This document shows positions 8,954 through 17,466 of a stretch of 64,000 bases of DNA, piece by piece. Source of the DNA: Polyangiaceae bacterium (GTDB taxonomy: Bacteria; Myxococcota_A; Polyangia; Polyangiales; Polyangiaceae); assembly GCA_050287085.1 (NCBI GenBank), contig JBNKBE010000001.1:32001-96000 (forward strand), written 5' to 3'. Made by a program: the position numbers and the translations under genes. Below the pieces are notes generated by a model, which had not been told where the DNA came from, searched no databases, and was given only the letters and a program-made list of their open reading frames with translations. Position 1 is the first letter of the stretch, and every line of letters begins with the position of its first letter.

Positions 8954-10118
8954 TCGATACGATAGTGTCGTCCAGCTCTGGCGTGGACATCGCCTTCGCT
9001 TGTTGCGGCAAGGGGTCGCCTTCTTCTCCTACCTCCGACCGGACGTGCGCCTCGGTCGCTAGCGATGCAGGGGCTATTCGCTTAGCACCGGCCACCCTCG
9101 CCTCACCCTGCGCTCGGGCCGCCGCCAGCTCTACAGCACGGAAGCTCGCCCGCTGCACCTGCTGCTGCGCCTGCGCCAAGGGGTCGGGTGCGGGCTCCGC
9201 TCTCGCAGGCGGCGGTGAGGGAAAGGACTCTTCCATCTCGGCGCCCTGATGCAAGTCAAGCTCGCCGTCGAGGGTACGACCTGCCCGCACGCTTCGGCCC
9301 GCCGCGAGCACATCCTCGCCACTATCATCGTCCCCGACTGCGTCGAAGTCATCAGCCCCCACGGCAAGCTCGACGTAGATTGGCTCCAGGGGTCCCGCCT
9401 GGCTGATGTTGGTCATGCGCAACTTGGTCATCTCGAGCAAGGCCAAGAAGGTAACGATCATCTCCGCCCGCGAGACGTCCTTGTCGAAGAGCTCCTCGAA
9501 ACGAAGCCTAGGAACCCGCTGCAAGCGATCGCTGATCTCGCCGATCTTCTCACTGATCGTGATCCGCTCGAAGTCGATCTGATGATCCTGGCTGATCTTG
9601 GCACGCGTCAGGACCGCCTCGAAGGCATCCACCAACTTGAAAAGCGACAGCGGAGCGAGCGGGGGAGGTTCGATAGTCGCGTCGTTTGGCGCCCCTCTGG
9701 GAAAGATGTCTCGGCCGAGCACATCGCGACTGCCGAGCTGCTCTGCGGCATCTTTGTACTTCTGATACTCCAGCAAACGCCGAACCAACTCGGCTCGAGG
9801 ATCTTGTTCCTCCTCCAGCGTCTCTTCGTCTTCCTCCTGCTGGTTCGGATCCTGCGGCAGCAGCATGCGCGACTTGATGTATGCAAGGGTCGCTGCCATC
9901 ACCAGGTATTCAGCAGCCAGGTCAATGCTGAGCTGCTCCATCGCGCGCAAGTACTCGTTGTACTTCCTCGAGACAAAGCCGATCGGGATATCCAGAACGT
10001 CGAGCTCGTGCTTCTTGATCAGGTGCAACAGCAGATCGAGTGGGCCGTCGAAACTCGGCAACGTAACGCGGTACGCGTTGGCCCCAGCTTCCGCTACTTC
10101 GCCGTCCAACGCGCGCAC
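8919..10118 (-). CDS. scpA: Segregation/condensation protein ScpA (kleisin) with C-terminal extension
   Basis: FDGPLDLLLHLIKKHELDVLDIPI, AAEYLVMAATLAYIKSRMLLP, IVTFLALLEM. Confidence 0.93.
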   Translation of the reverse strand: MRALDGEVAEAGANAYRVTLPSFDGPLDLLLHLIKKHELDVLDIPIGFVSRKYNEYLRAMEQLSIDLAAEYLVMAATLAYIKSRMLLPQDPNQQEEDEETLEEEQDPRAELVRRLLEYQKYKDAAEQLGSRDVLGRDIFPRGAPNDATIEPPPLAPLSLFKLVDAFEAVLTRAKISQDHQIDFERITISEKIGEISDRLQRVPRLRFEELFDKDVSRAEMIVTFLALLEMTKLRMTNISQAGPLEPIYVELAVGADDFDAVGDDDSGEDVLAAGRSVRAGRTLDGELDLHQGAEMEESFPSPPPARAEPAPDPLAQAQQQVQRASFRAVELAAARAQGEARVAGAKRIAPASLATEAHVRSEVGEEGDPLPQQAKAMSTPELDDTIVSSERDGSEQEEE

Positions 10119-10174
10119 CTCGGCCTCCCGACCATCGGGTGCGCCCGTCGAACCTGCATTGGTGCCCTTCTGAC

Positions 10175-10822
10175 TCAGCTTGAAACTCCAAACGCCAGCG
10201 TCAACGCACGGCTCACGACCTGCACGGGCCAGGTAAACAGCACGTCACGGAGCGGCTGAAAGGAGAGCACCACCATGATGATGATGAACGAGAACGGAGC
10301 GACGGATGCTTTGAGATCGTCGAAAGAGCGCGGCAGGAGGTGACTGCCGTCCAGCGGCGGCAATGGCAACAGATTGAAGACGAAGAGGGCTACGTTGATG
10401 ACGAAGAACGTCTTGAGCAGTTCCAATACTCCACCGTCGAGGGCCGCCGGAGTGAAGCGGTCGAGACCGACGAGCAGAGCCAAACTGACGCTCGCGAGCA
10501 ACAGGTTTGACAGCGGCCCCGCCAGTGCCACGAGCCCCCCCCCGACGCGCATGCTGACCTTGCGCGTCATGCGCGCCGGCACGAACTGAACCGGTTTGGC
10601 CCAACCGATGAGTGCACCGCCGTACACCAGCGTCGCGACCAAGGGCACGATCAAGGTCCCCAACACATCGTAGTGAGCGAGGGGCGAGAGCGTGAGCCGT
10701 CCCTGGCGCCGCGGTGTATCGTCTCCCAGACGGTCGGCGGCGAGCGCATGCGCAAACTCATGCACCGCTAGAGAAAGCAGCATGGGGATCAGATTGAGGG
10801 CGATGAGACGAAGCTGATGCAC
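10175..10822 (-). CDS. Site-2 protease family (M50) membrane metalloprotease
   Basis: HEFAH zinc motif, ALAGPLSN, FNLLPLPPLDG; start placed at the GTG of VHQLR. Confidence 0.9.
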   Translation of the reverse strand: MHQLRLIALNLIPMLLSLAVHEFAHALAADRLGDDTPRRQGRLTLSPLAHYDVLGTLIVPLVATLVYGGALIGWAKPVQFVPARMTRKVSMRVGGGLVALAGPLSNLLLASVSLALLVGLDRFTPAALDGGVLELLKTFFVINVALFVFNLLPLPPLDGSHLLPRSFDDLKASVAPFSFIIIMVVLSFQPLRDVLFTWPVQVVSRALTLAFGVSS

Positions 10823-11006
10823 GGATGTTCTTACCAGGGAGCGCACTCTCAAGCCGACGACCCGGGGCGGGGGGCGACGGGGACAGGAGCGAGGCCGGGA
10901 ACCTAGTCCGATCCGATCGCGCGCGTCACCGCCAACAATCCTCCGCCTGGTGACAAATGGCTTCGACCCGGAAGCAGCCGCAGGATGGCCCCCAAAACTG
11001 CACACG

Positions 11007-11015
11007 TTATCCACA
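11007..11015 (+). promoter_or_regulatory. Perfect DnaA box
   Basis: TTATCCACA in the intergenic region upstream of the S2P-scpA-scpB unit; single copy. Confidence 0.35.
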
Positions 11016-11046
11016 CTGGCAAGCGTCGCGCACTGCAACGGGAGCG

Positions 11047-11784
11047 CTACGGCCCTTGACCCATGACGCGGACCAATCCCTCCCCAGCCAACGCCAGCAC
11101 GGCAAGCACGACAAGAGCGCGCAAGGGCGCGAGCGCCGGCTGAATAAACGCCGGAGCCGCGGCGCGGGCGATGAGGCCCCCGCAGATCTCCCACACCGCG
11201 GCTGCCACCAGCATCGGCGCTCCCAAGCCCACCGCCATTTGTATGGCTGCAACGAGCTGCACTGCGGCTCCCCGTAGCAGGGAAACGCCGTTGCCTGGCT
11301 CCAGGGAGCCCAATGCCGAGACCAGACGTTCAGGCCCGCCCAAGGCTAGAAACGAGGCGGCAGCGAGCAGCCCAAAGAGCCCCCCCAAGGCCGGACTATC
11401 CGACTGCAGCAAGGTAAAACGCGTGCTGCTACCCCCACGCAAATCACTGACCAAAGCGCCCGCATCCGTTGCCGCCCACAGCAGAGCAGCGCTAGCAATC
11501 GCAGTCGGCAACCCGAGAGCAAGGTCCTGAGCTAAGAGCCAGTACACGCCGAGCCTTTCCTCGGCACCCGTCGCTGTGAGCAACGGAGCCATCAGCCAAC
11601 CAAGCCCAAGTGCCAATGTGACTCGCGCCGCCACCGGCAACACGCGAGCCCCGAAGGCCGGGACGATCAAGACTGCTGGCAACGAGCGCGCCGTTCCTCG
11701 GGCCAGCGCCAGCAGATTGAGCTGCTCGCGGCTAGCCCAGGTGGATAGGAAGTCGAACCAGGGTTGAGCTGAGGTCACAGGCAT
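11047..11784 (-). CDS. FliR/SctT family type III export membrane protein
   Basis: ARSLPAVLIVPAFGARVLPVAARVTLALGL, AGALVSDLRG, FLALGGPERLVSALGS, LGAPML..GGLIARAAP; 245 aa, multiple TM segments. Confidence 0.8.
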   Translation of the reverse strand: MPVTSAQPWFDFLSTWASREQLNLLALARGTARSLPAVLIVPAFGARVLPVAARVTLALGLGWLMAPLLTATGAEERLGVYWLLAQDLALGLPTAIASAALLWAATDAGALVSDLRGGSSTRFTLLQSDSPALGGLFGLLAAASFLALGGPERLVSALGSLEPGNGVSLLRGAAVQLVAAIQMAVGLGAPMLVAAAVWEICGGLIARAAAPAFIQPALAPLRALVVLAVLALAGEGLVRVMGQGP

Positions 11785-12009
11785 GCCGAAGGAGGGCGCC
11801 GCCAGCCTTCAAGAGTCGCCCTCACCGGCAGAATGCCCGAGCCGAAGTGCGGCCACCAGCTCAACCCGGGCGTCTTCCGAGGCAGGCCGCCCGTCCGAAC
11901 GCCGCCCCGCGACCGCACGCTCTGGACGGGATTGCCCCCAACGCCTATTGCCGGTTGCCCGCGAAGGTTGCCGCCCTGCGCCGACGCCGGCGATGAGTTG
12001 AGACTTACC

Positions 12010-12840
12010 ATGCCGCTAAACCTTGAGAGTGTGGGAAAGCCCACGCAGCAGCACCGTTTCGAATTCGATTGGCAGACCCTGGCGCTCTACGCGCTCGGCA
12101 TCGGTGCCAGCGAGAATGAGCTGGACTACCTTTACGAAAAGCGGGGGCCGAAAGCCTACCCTACCTTCGCAATGGTGCCGAACTACCCGGTGATGAGCGA
12201 GCTCTTGGAGCTGAGTGGAGGCTCCTACGACAACCTGCTTCACGGCGCTCAGAAGGTCACCGTCCACGCCCCCCTTCCGAGCCATGGTGAATTGACCACC
12301 GTCGGACGCATTGACGGCATCTACGACGTTCGAGTGCTCGCCCAAGTCACACTCGTCACCGAGACGCACCTTGCGGGCGAGTTGATCTACTCGACCGAGT
12401 GGCAAATGTATTTCCGCGGAGAGGGGGGATTCGGCGGTTCGCGGCGACCCAAGGCCGCTCAACCCAAGACGCCTACTAGAGAGCCCGACTTCACGCTGAA
12501 CGAGTCGATTCCAAAGACCCAAGCGTTGCTCTACCGATTGTCGGGGGACCCCAACCCACTCCATGTCGATCCCGATGTGGCACGCGCAGCTGGCTTTGAA
12601 CAGGGGCCCATCCTGCACGGCCTATGCACCTTCGGCTACGCATGCCGCGCCATCGCTCGCGGCGCCGCCAATGGCAACGCGGCTCGCATTCGATCATTCT
12701 CGGCTGAATTCAAGAAGCCGGTGTGGCCGGGGGACGAATTGTCCACCCGCGGCTTCGTCGAAAGCGAACAGGTCGTAGTGGAGTGCCTGGCCAGCGGTCG
12801 CAAGGATGCGGTACTGCTGGGCTCAGCTGAACTTGGCTAG
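12010..12840 (+). CDS. MaoC-like (R)-enoyl-CoA hydratase 2, double hot-dog fold
   Basis: LYALGIG, LYRLSGDPNPLHVDP and PILHGLCTFG hydratase-2 motifs. Confidence 0.9.
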   Translation: MPLNLESVGKPTQQHRFEFDWQTLALYALGIGASENELDYLYEKRGPKAYPTFAMVPNYPVMSELLELSGGSYDNLLHGAQKVTVHAPLPSHGELTTVGRIDGIYDVRVLAQVTLVTETHLAGELIYSTEWQMYFRGEGGFGGSRRPKAAQPKTPTREPDFTLNESIPKTQALLYRLSGDPNPLHVDPDVARAAGFEQGPILHGLCTFGYACRAIARGAANGNAARIRSFSAEFKKPVWPGDELSTRGFVESEQVVVECLASGRKDAVLLGSAELG

Positions 12841-13988
12841 CCGCCCCCGCTCAAGACGGAACGCAGAATAGTCAGCCGCTGGGTACGATCAATCGAGACG
12901 GCGGCTCGCTGCTCGTCTTTTGCGTCGACGGGATAGGAGAATGGATCATCGCCAGCGGCAGCGATCCGACGCCCGCTTCTTCCCACCAGCCACGTTCCCG
13001 GACGACCTCCGAGAGGGAGGCGCAACTCAAAAGCGTTGAAAGGCATGTCCTTCAGCTTGTGGGCTCCCGGGGCTCGACGCAGGGTAGCTTCCACGTCCTT
13101 GGCCGCGCCTTCGTCGGCCGCTTCGGCCACCCAAATGGAATAGTGCTTGCCACCGTGCTCATAGAAGCCGAGCGCCCCCGAGCCAGCCCCTTGGATACCC
13201 AGAGAATCCCGCACGAATGCGCGTACCCCAAGCGGAACGCGCTGCTCCGCGGGCAACAGCCGCGCGGGCAGCGGCAGTTGTGCTTCACCGCGCATCTGCT
13301 CGCTGATTCTCTTTGCCAGAACCGGCACAACAGCATTCGCGGCCGCCCTGAGCCGATCCGGAGGTAGACGTTCGTCGCTGAAGGCCAGCTCAACCACGTT
13401 CGGCCCGCGACGCACATAAGCAACCCCAGCACCGACGGCGCCCTGTCCGGTCAGCTCCAGGTGCTCGGTGGTCAGTTCCCGAGGGCCGCTCTCGCCCAAG
13501 ACCCGGTGCGTGAAGAAGGCATAGGCGCCGCCATCGCTAGCGTAGGTGGAAACGGTGACGTCAATGACCCCCGAGCCCGACGACTGACGATAGCGGACGC
13601 TCGCCACCCGCCCGAGTCCATAGCTCTTGTACAACTCACATTCGCCGTTGAAGAGCTCCACGCAAACCGCATCAAGTGGGTGCGTCGCATTCTCTCCATA
13701 AACTCGAGCTTGATCGTTCGGATCGATGCAGTACTCGTTCAAGGTCTGGGGCAATAGACCGCGTAGAACTGGATCCGCCAGGGGAGCGTGCCGTTCAGCA
13801 CACAGGTCTGCTGACGTCGGCAACGACTCCGCAGGCGGCGCCTCACCTTTGGGCTCTTCGTCTCGACAGCCAAACCCCATGCCGCCCGCCAGCAAGACCC
13901 AGCCAAGCCGCCAGCTAGCCAAGGCGCGACCGCCCACATCTCGGGGACGAGGGCTCCGAAACGCCCCCCAACTACCTTTGGTTTGCAT
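12837..13988 (-). CDS. Hypothetical lipoprotein
   Basis: Hydrophobic segment ending GMGFGC; coherent ORF; start uncertain. Confidence 0.7.
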   Translation of the reverse strand: MQTKGSWGAFRSPRPRDVGGRALASWRLGWVLLAGGMGFGCRDEEPKGEAPPAESLPTSADLCAERHAPLADPVLRGLLPQTLNEYCIDPNDQARVYGENATHPLDAVCVELFNGECELYKSYGLGRVASVRYRQSSGSGVIDVTVSTYASDGGAYAFFTHRVLGESGPRELTTEHLELTGQGAVGAGVAYVRRGPNVVELAFSDERLPPDRLRAAANAVVPVLAKRISEQMRGEAQLPLPARLLPAEQRVPLGVRAFVRDSLGIQGAGSGALGFYEHGGKHYSIWVAEAADEGAAKDVEATLRRAPGAHKLKDMPFNAFELRLPLGGRPGTWLVGRSGRRIAAAGDDPFSYPVDAKDEQRAAVSIDRTQRLTILRSVLSGGG

Positions 13989-14175
13989 GCCCCTGCACCC
14001 TAGCAACACGGCTCGGGCGGCCTCCAGCATCGACGCATTTACCGGCCCATGGCTCGCAGGTCTGGGGCTACCGCGACTGCGCAATTGTTGCATAGTACCG
14101 CAACCAGGTGCGAGTCGGCGTTCCGGGTCTGAACTTCAACTACCTATAACAACTGGATATTTTCCGTGGCCACCC

Positions 14176-14191
14176 TGGCACTCGACTTGCA
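14176..14191 (+). promoter_or_regulatory. Sigma54 (-24/-12) promoter of the minor pilin operon
   Basis: TGGCAC-TCGAC-TTGCA, consensus spacing, directly before the first prepilin gene. Confidence 0.75.
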
Positions 14192-14204
14192 GCAGGAGTC
14201 TGCA

Positions 14205-14822
14205 ATGGCTTGTGTGCCGAACAAACAACAACGACGCGGCTTCACCCTCGTCGAGCTCATGGTCGTCGTCGTGTTGATCACGGTGATGAGTGCATTGAGC
14301 ATCCCCACCATCCGGCGCCAGCTGAGAGACCAGCGAACGCGAGAAGCCGCAGCACAAACCGCCGCGCTGTATCGCAACGCCAAACTGCAGGCGATGGCAC
14401 GCGGCGTCGCCGTCAATGTGCGCTTCAATGCAACAGGTCGTGGCTCCTACGTAGTGATGGTGGCACTGAGGCGAGCCGCCACGGCCGCCACCCCGCCGGT
14501 AGGAGCAGAGACGTGTACGGTCCCCAATTGGAACGGTGTGGCAAACACCGACTACCGCGTCGACGCGGACCTATACGGCACTTCGAAAGAAGACGTATTT
14601 CTTCGAATGGTGGACGAAAGCGCCACAGCTGTCGGAACGCTCGACGTCTGTGTGACCCCCATGGGGCGCACGTTCTTTCGTACCAACTTCGGAAACCCGT
14701 TCGTTCCTCTGACCGCCATTCATCGAGCGCGCATATTCCGCTCCGCCAATGGCACAACAGTCGAGGGTCTCGAACGCGGAGTACTGATCATGCCAAGTGG
14801 CATGGCGAGGACGGTACTGTGA
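14205..14822 (+). CDS. fimT: Type IV minor pilin FimT/FimU family
   Basis: Class III signal RRG|FTLVELMVVV, then LYRNAKLQAMARG..V.VRF. Confidence 0.8.
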   Translation: MACVPNKQQRRGFTLVELMVVVVLITVMSALSIPTIRRQLRDQRTREAAAQTAALYRNAKLQAMARGVAVNVRFNATGRGSYVVMVALRRAATAATPPVGAETCTVPNWNGVANTDYRVDADLYGTSKEDVFLRMVDESATAVGTLDVCVTPMGRTFFRTNFGNPFVPLTAIHRARIFRSANGTTVEGLERGVLIMPSGMARTVL

Positions 14823-15439
14823 AAGCGCGCGAACGTACCCTGGGCAGCCATCGAGGCTACACCGCCGTCGAGCTACTGATGGCCGTGGGTGTTTTTATGA
14901 TCGGGGTTGTGGGTATCGTCTCGATGCAGCGAGTCGCTATCGCCACCAATCAAGAATCGAAGAGCCTACAGCTCGCATCGCGTATCGCTGAGTCTTGGTT
15001 GGACGAGCTCACCGCCGAGTCCGCACAGTGGAACGACACGGGCGACTTCAACGAGACCGACTGGCTAATCAATGTCGGTCCCCAGGGCAGCGCAGCAGCG
15101 TGGTTTCGACCGGCCTACGTAGGAGCCCGAAACTGGGGAGCGGGCTTCAACGCCTTGGGCGATCCGGTTACCGAAGTAAACCTGGCTGCTGAAGCGCACT
15201 TCTGCACTCACCTGCGGCTTACCTGGCTAGAAGGGCAAGCGCGTACAGTCGCGGGTAACGGTCTCATCCGAGCTGAAGTGCGCGTCTTCTGGCGTCGCTC
15301 AGGCAACTCGGGCACGGTGCTGGCTCCGCTTGCCCACATCTGCAGCATCACCCCCAATACGTTTGCTGCAAGCGGCGGCGAAGAGCGCTACCACGTGATT
15401 AACCTGAGCACCACGTTGCGACAACACCAGGCGCTATGA
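14819..15439 (+). CDS. pilV: Type IV minor pilin PilV
   Basis: RG|YTAVELLMAVGVFMIGVVGIVSMQ; GTGA overlap with the upstream stop. Confidence 0.8.
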   Translation: MKARERTLGSHRGYTAVELLMAVGVFMIGVVGIVSMQRVAIATNQESKSLQLASRIAESWLDELTAESAQWNDTGDFNETDWLINVGPQGSAAAWFRPAYVGARNWGAGFNALGDPVTEVNLAAEAHFCTHLRLTWLEGQARTVAGNGLIRAEVRVFWRRSGNSGTVLAPLAHICSITPNTFAASGGEERYHVINLSTTLRQHQAL

Positions 15440-16737
15440 TGACGAAACGCCACGCTGCCCGCCCCAAGTTCGCACCTGGAAGGGACACATCCCGACAGTC
15501 GCGAGTTGGCATTCACGGCTTCACGCTGATCGAGCTACTCGTCACCATGACGGGTGCCATCATCGTCTCGATCACGTTGTTTACGCTGGCGCGTTTCACA
15601 ACGAAAGTGCACCAAGGGGAATCCCACGTTGCGACTGCGACTCTCGGCAATATCATCGGCTTCGAGCGACTGCGTGCGGACATCGCCCGCGCTGGCAATA
15701 TGGCCTCTCCCCATGTGCGACGCGACCCATTCATATGTGGCGAGCCAGTAGCCGGAGGCTGGCCAAACCAGCTGGGGGCCATGACGTCCATTCGCGTGGA
15801 GCAGACGCCCTTGACTCAGTTGCCCGATCTCTTCGCCGGCAATGGCCTAGCACCCCAAGAACTCACCCTCGCTGGTAACTTCTTGACGAGCTCAAGCTTC
15901 GCGGTCGCCGTCATCAATCACGTGGGTACCAGCTATCAAGTCGTGTTGCAGCAAAACCAGCGGGCCCTGGCGGACGTTGGGTACTTTGCCGGAGGAGCGG
16001 ATCGGGCTGCAGTGCTGTCCTCCGTATTTCCCGCTGGGCGCGCCGTCCGAATCGTCGACGAAACAGGAAAGCATCATTACGCAACAATCCGAGGTGTGAG
16101 CGTTGTAGCGGCACCTACGGTCGTGCTTGAAGATAGCAAGCCCGCGTTGCAAGAAACCGGTGGCGCACTCGGTTGTGGTATCGACATGGGGAGCACGGGT
16201 CTCGTCCGCACCGAGATTAACCCGGTGCAATTCATCCGCTATAGAATTGGCGACCTGCGAGGCGTTGCGCGCTTCGCGCCCGTCTATGCTGGCGGCCCAG
16301 GCCCCGACTACGAAGCCGACCGCACGGAGCTCATTCGAGAAGAGCTCGACGTCGACGGCGCGCCCATCGCTGGCACTCAGGAGTTGATCGCAGAATACGC
16401 GGTCGACTTACATTTCGGGCTTACCGTGGCGCCCACGACGGAAACCTCCTTGCAGTACATTGGGCGCAACGCGTTGGCGGGCTGGGTCGGCGATCCCACG
16501 GCCGCTGGCGGGATTTCGGCCGGACAAGGGCCACAGCTCGTGCGTGCGGTCAATGCAGCGTTCAGCGTGCGCTCCTTCGATGCGGATCGACTCAGCGACA
16601 TCCCCCGTCCCAACGACTCCGTTCGCTATCGCATCGGATTGGCCACCGACGGGAGTGGGGGGCCTCCTTTCGCTCGCGTCATCACGTCCCAGGCCCGCAT
16701 CTCAATTCCCAATCACGAACGCCAGAACTGGCAGTAG
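15436..16737 (+). CDS. pilW: Type IV minor pilin PilW
   Basis: G|FTLIELLV and LRADIARAG motif; third gene of the operon. Confidence 0.8.
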   Translation: MMTKRHAARPKFAPGRDTSRQSRVGIHGFTLIELLVTMTGAIIVSITLFTLARFTTKVHQGESHVATATLGNIIGFERLRADIARAGNMASPHVRRDPFICGEPVAGGWPNQLGAMTSIRVEQTPLTQLPDLFAGNGLAPQELTLAGNFLTSSSFAVAVINHVGTSYQVVLQQNQRALADVGYFAGGADRAAVLSSVFPAGRAVRIVDETGKHHYATIRGVSVVAAPTVVLEDSKPALQETGGALGCGIDMGSTGLVRTEINPVQFIRYRIGDLRGVARFAPVYAGGPGPDYEADRTELIREELDVDGAPIAGTQELIAEYAVDLHFGLTVAPTTETSLQYIGRNALAGWVGDPTAAGGISAGQGPQLVRAVNAAFSVRSFDADRLSDIPRPNDSVRYRIGLATDGSGGPPFARVITSQARISIPNHERQNWQ

Positions 16738-16741
16738 CAGC

Positions 16742-17455
16742 ATGAAAAGCAGTCCAGCCCTCTTCCCAGCGTGCCGCAGTCAGCGGCTCCATGAGGCCAC
16801 CAAGCTCGCCCGCGCTCTCCGTCGCAAGCGTCGTCAACGAGGCTCGGCACTCTTTCTCGTGGTGATGGTGACCACGCTTCTGACAGCAGTCGGGCTCTAT
16901 TCGATGAACAATGCGAGCCTCGCTGAACGTGCTGTCGGCAACAACGCACAAGGAATGAAGGCGGTTTATCAGGCCGAGTTTGCCGCTCGGACGTTCGCGT
17001 CAGTCCTGAACAATCGGGCCGCCGTATACGCGGCAAAGGCGCGCGATGGCTCGCAGACAAACTGTCGTTCAACCTATGCCGCCTATGTTTACAACGCCAC
17101 GCTGACAGCGGGACAACGAAAGATTCCGACGCACTGCTTTTCTCAAGAGACCTCCGAGCTCTTCGGAGGGCTGCAGTTTGCGGCCAACGTGGGTAGCTTC
17201 GCCGATTTGCCGGGAGATCTGAGCGAAGACGGCTCTTTGGAGTCGGCCTACTTCGTCGAGATAACCGACGTGTACGAAGCGGGGATCCCAATCGCCGGAC
17301 ACAACCTCAACAGTAAGCTCAAGTACTACCGCTTCACACTGGCAGCGGAAGCACAGGTGCGTCCGATTCTTCCCGCTGATGCAGATCCCATTGCAGCGTT
17401 GAACGCATCATCGGTCCAACGCGTCCGCGGCCAAGGCGTATTCGGCCCATTCTAG
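16742..17455 (+). CDS. pilX: Type IV minor pilin PilX
   Basis: RQRG|SALFLVVMVTTLLTAVG (no Glu5, typical of PilX); A.Y.AE motif; precedes pilY1. Confidence 0.8.
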   Translation: MKSSPALFPACRSQRLHEATKLARALRRKRRQRGSALFLVVMVTTLLTAVGLYSMNNASLAERAVGNNAQGMKAVYQAEFAARTFASVLNNRAAVYAAKARDGSQTNCRSTYAAYVYNATLTAGQRKIPTHCFSQETSELFGGLQFAANVGSFADLPGDLSEDGSLESAYFVEITDVYEAGIPIAGHNLNSKLKYYRFTLAAEAQVRPILPADADPIAALNASSVQRVRGQGVFGPF

Positions 17456-17466
17456 TGAGAACGACC

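Noticed and set aside
10955..10990. SRP RNA-like string GGAAGCAGCC
   Set aside because: Lacks the preceding CAGG-NCC-GNRA helix 8 pattern and the long flanking stem.
11007..11015. Replication origin
   Set aside because: Single DnaA box, no AT-rich unwinding element, no dnaA or dnaN nearby.
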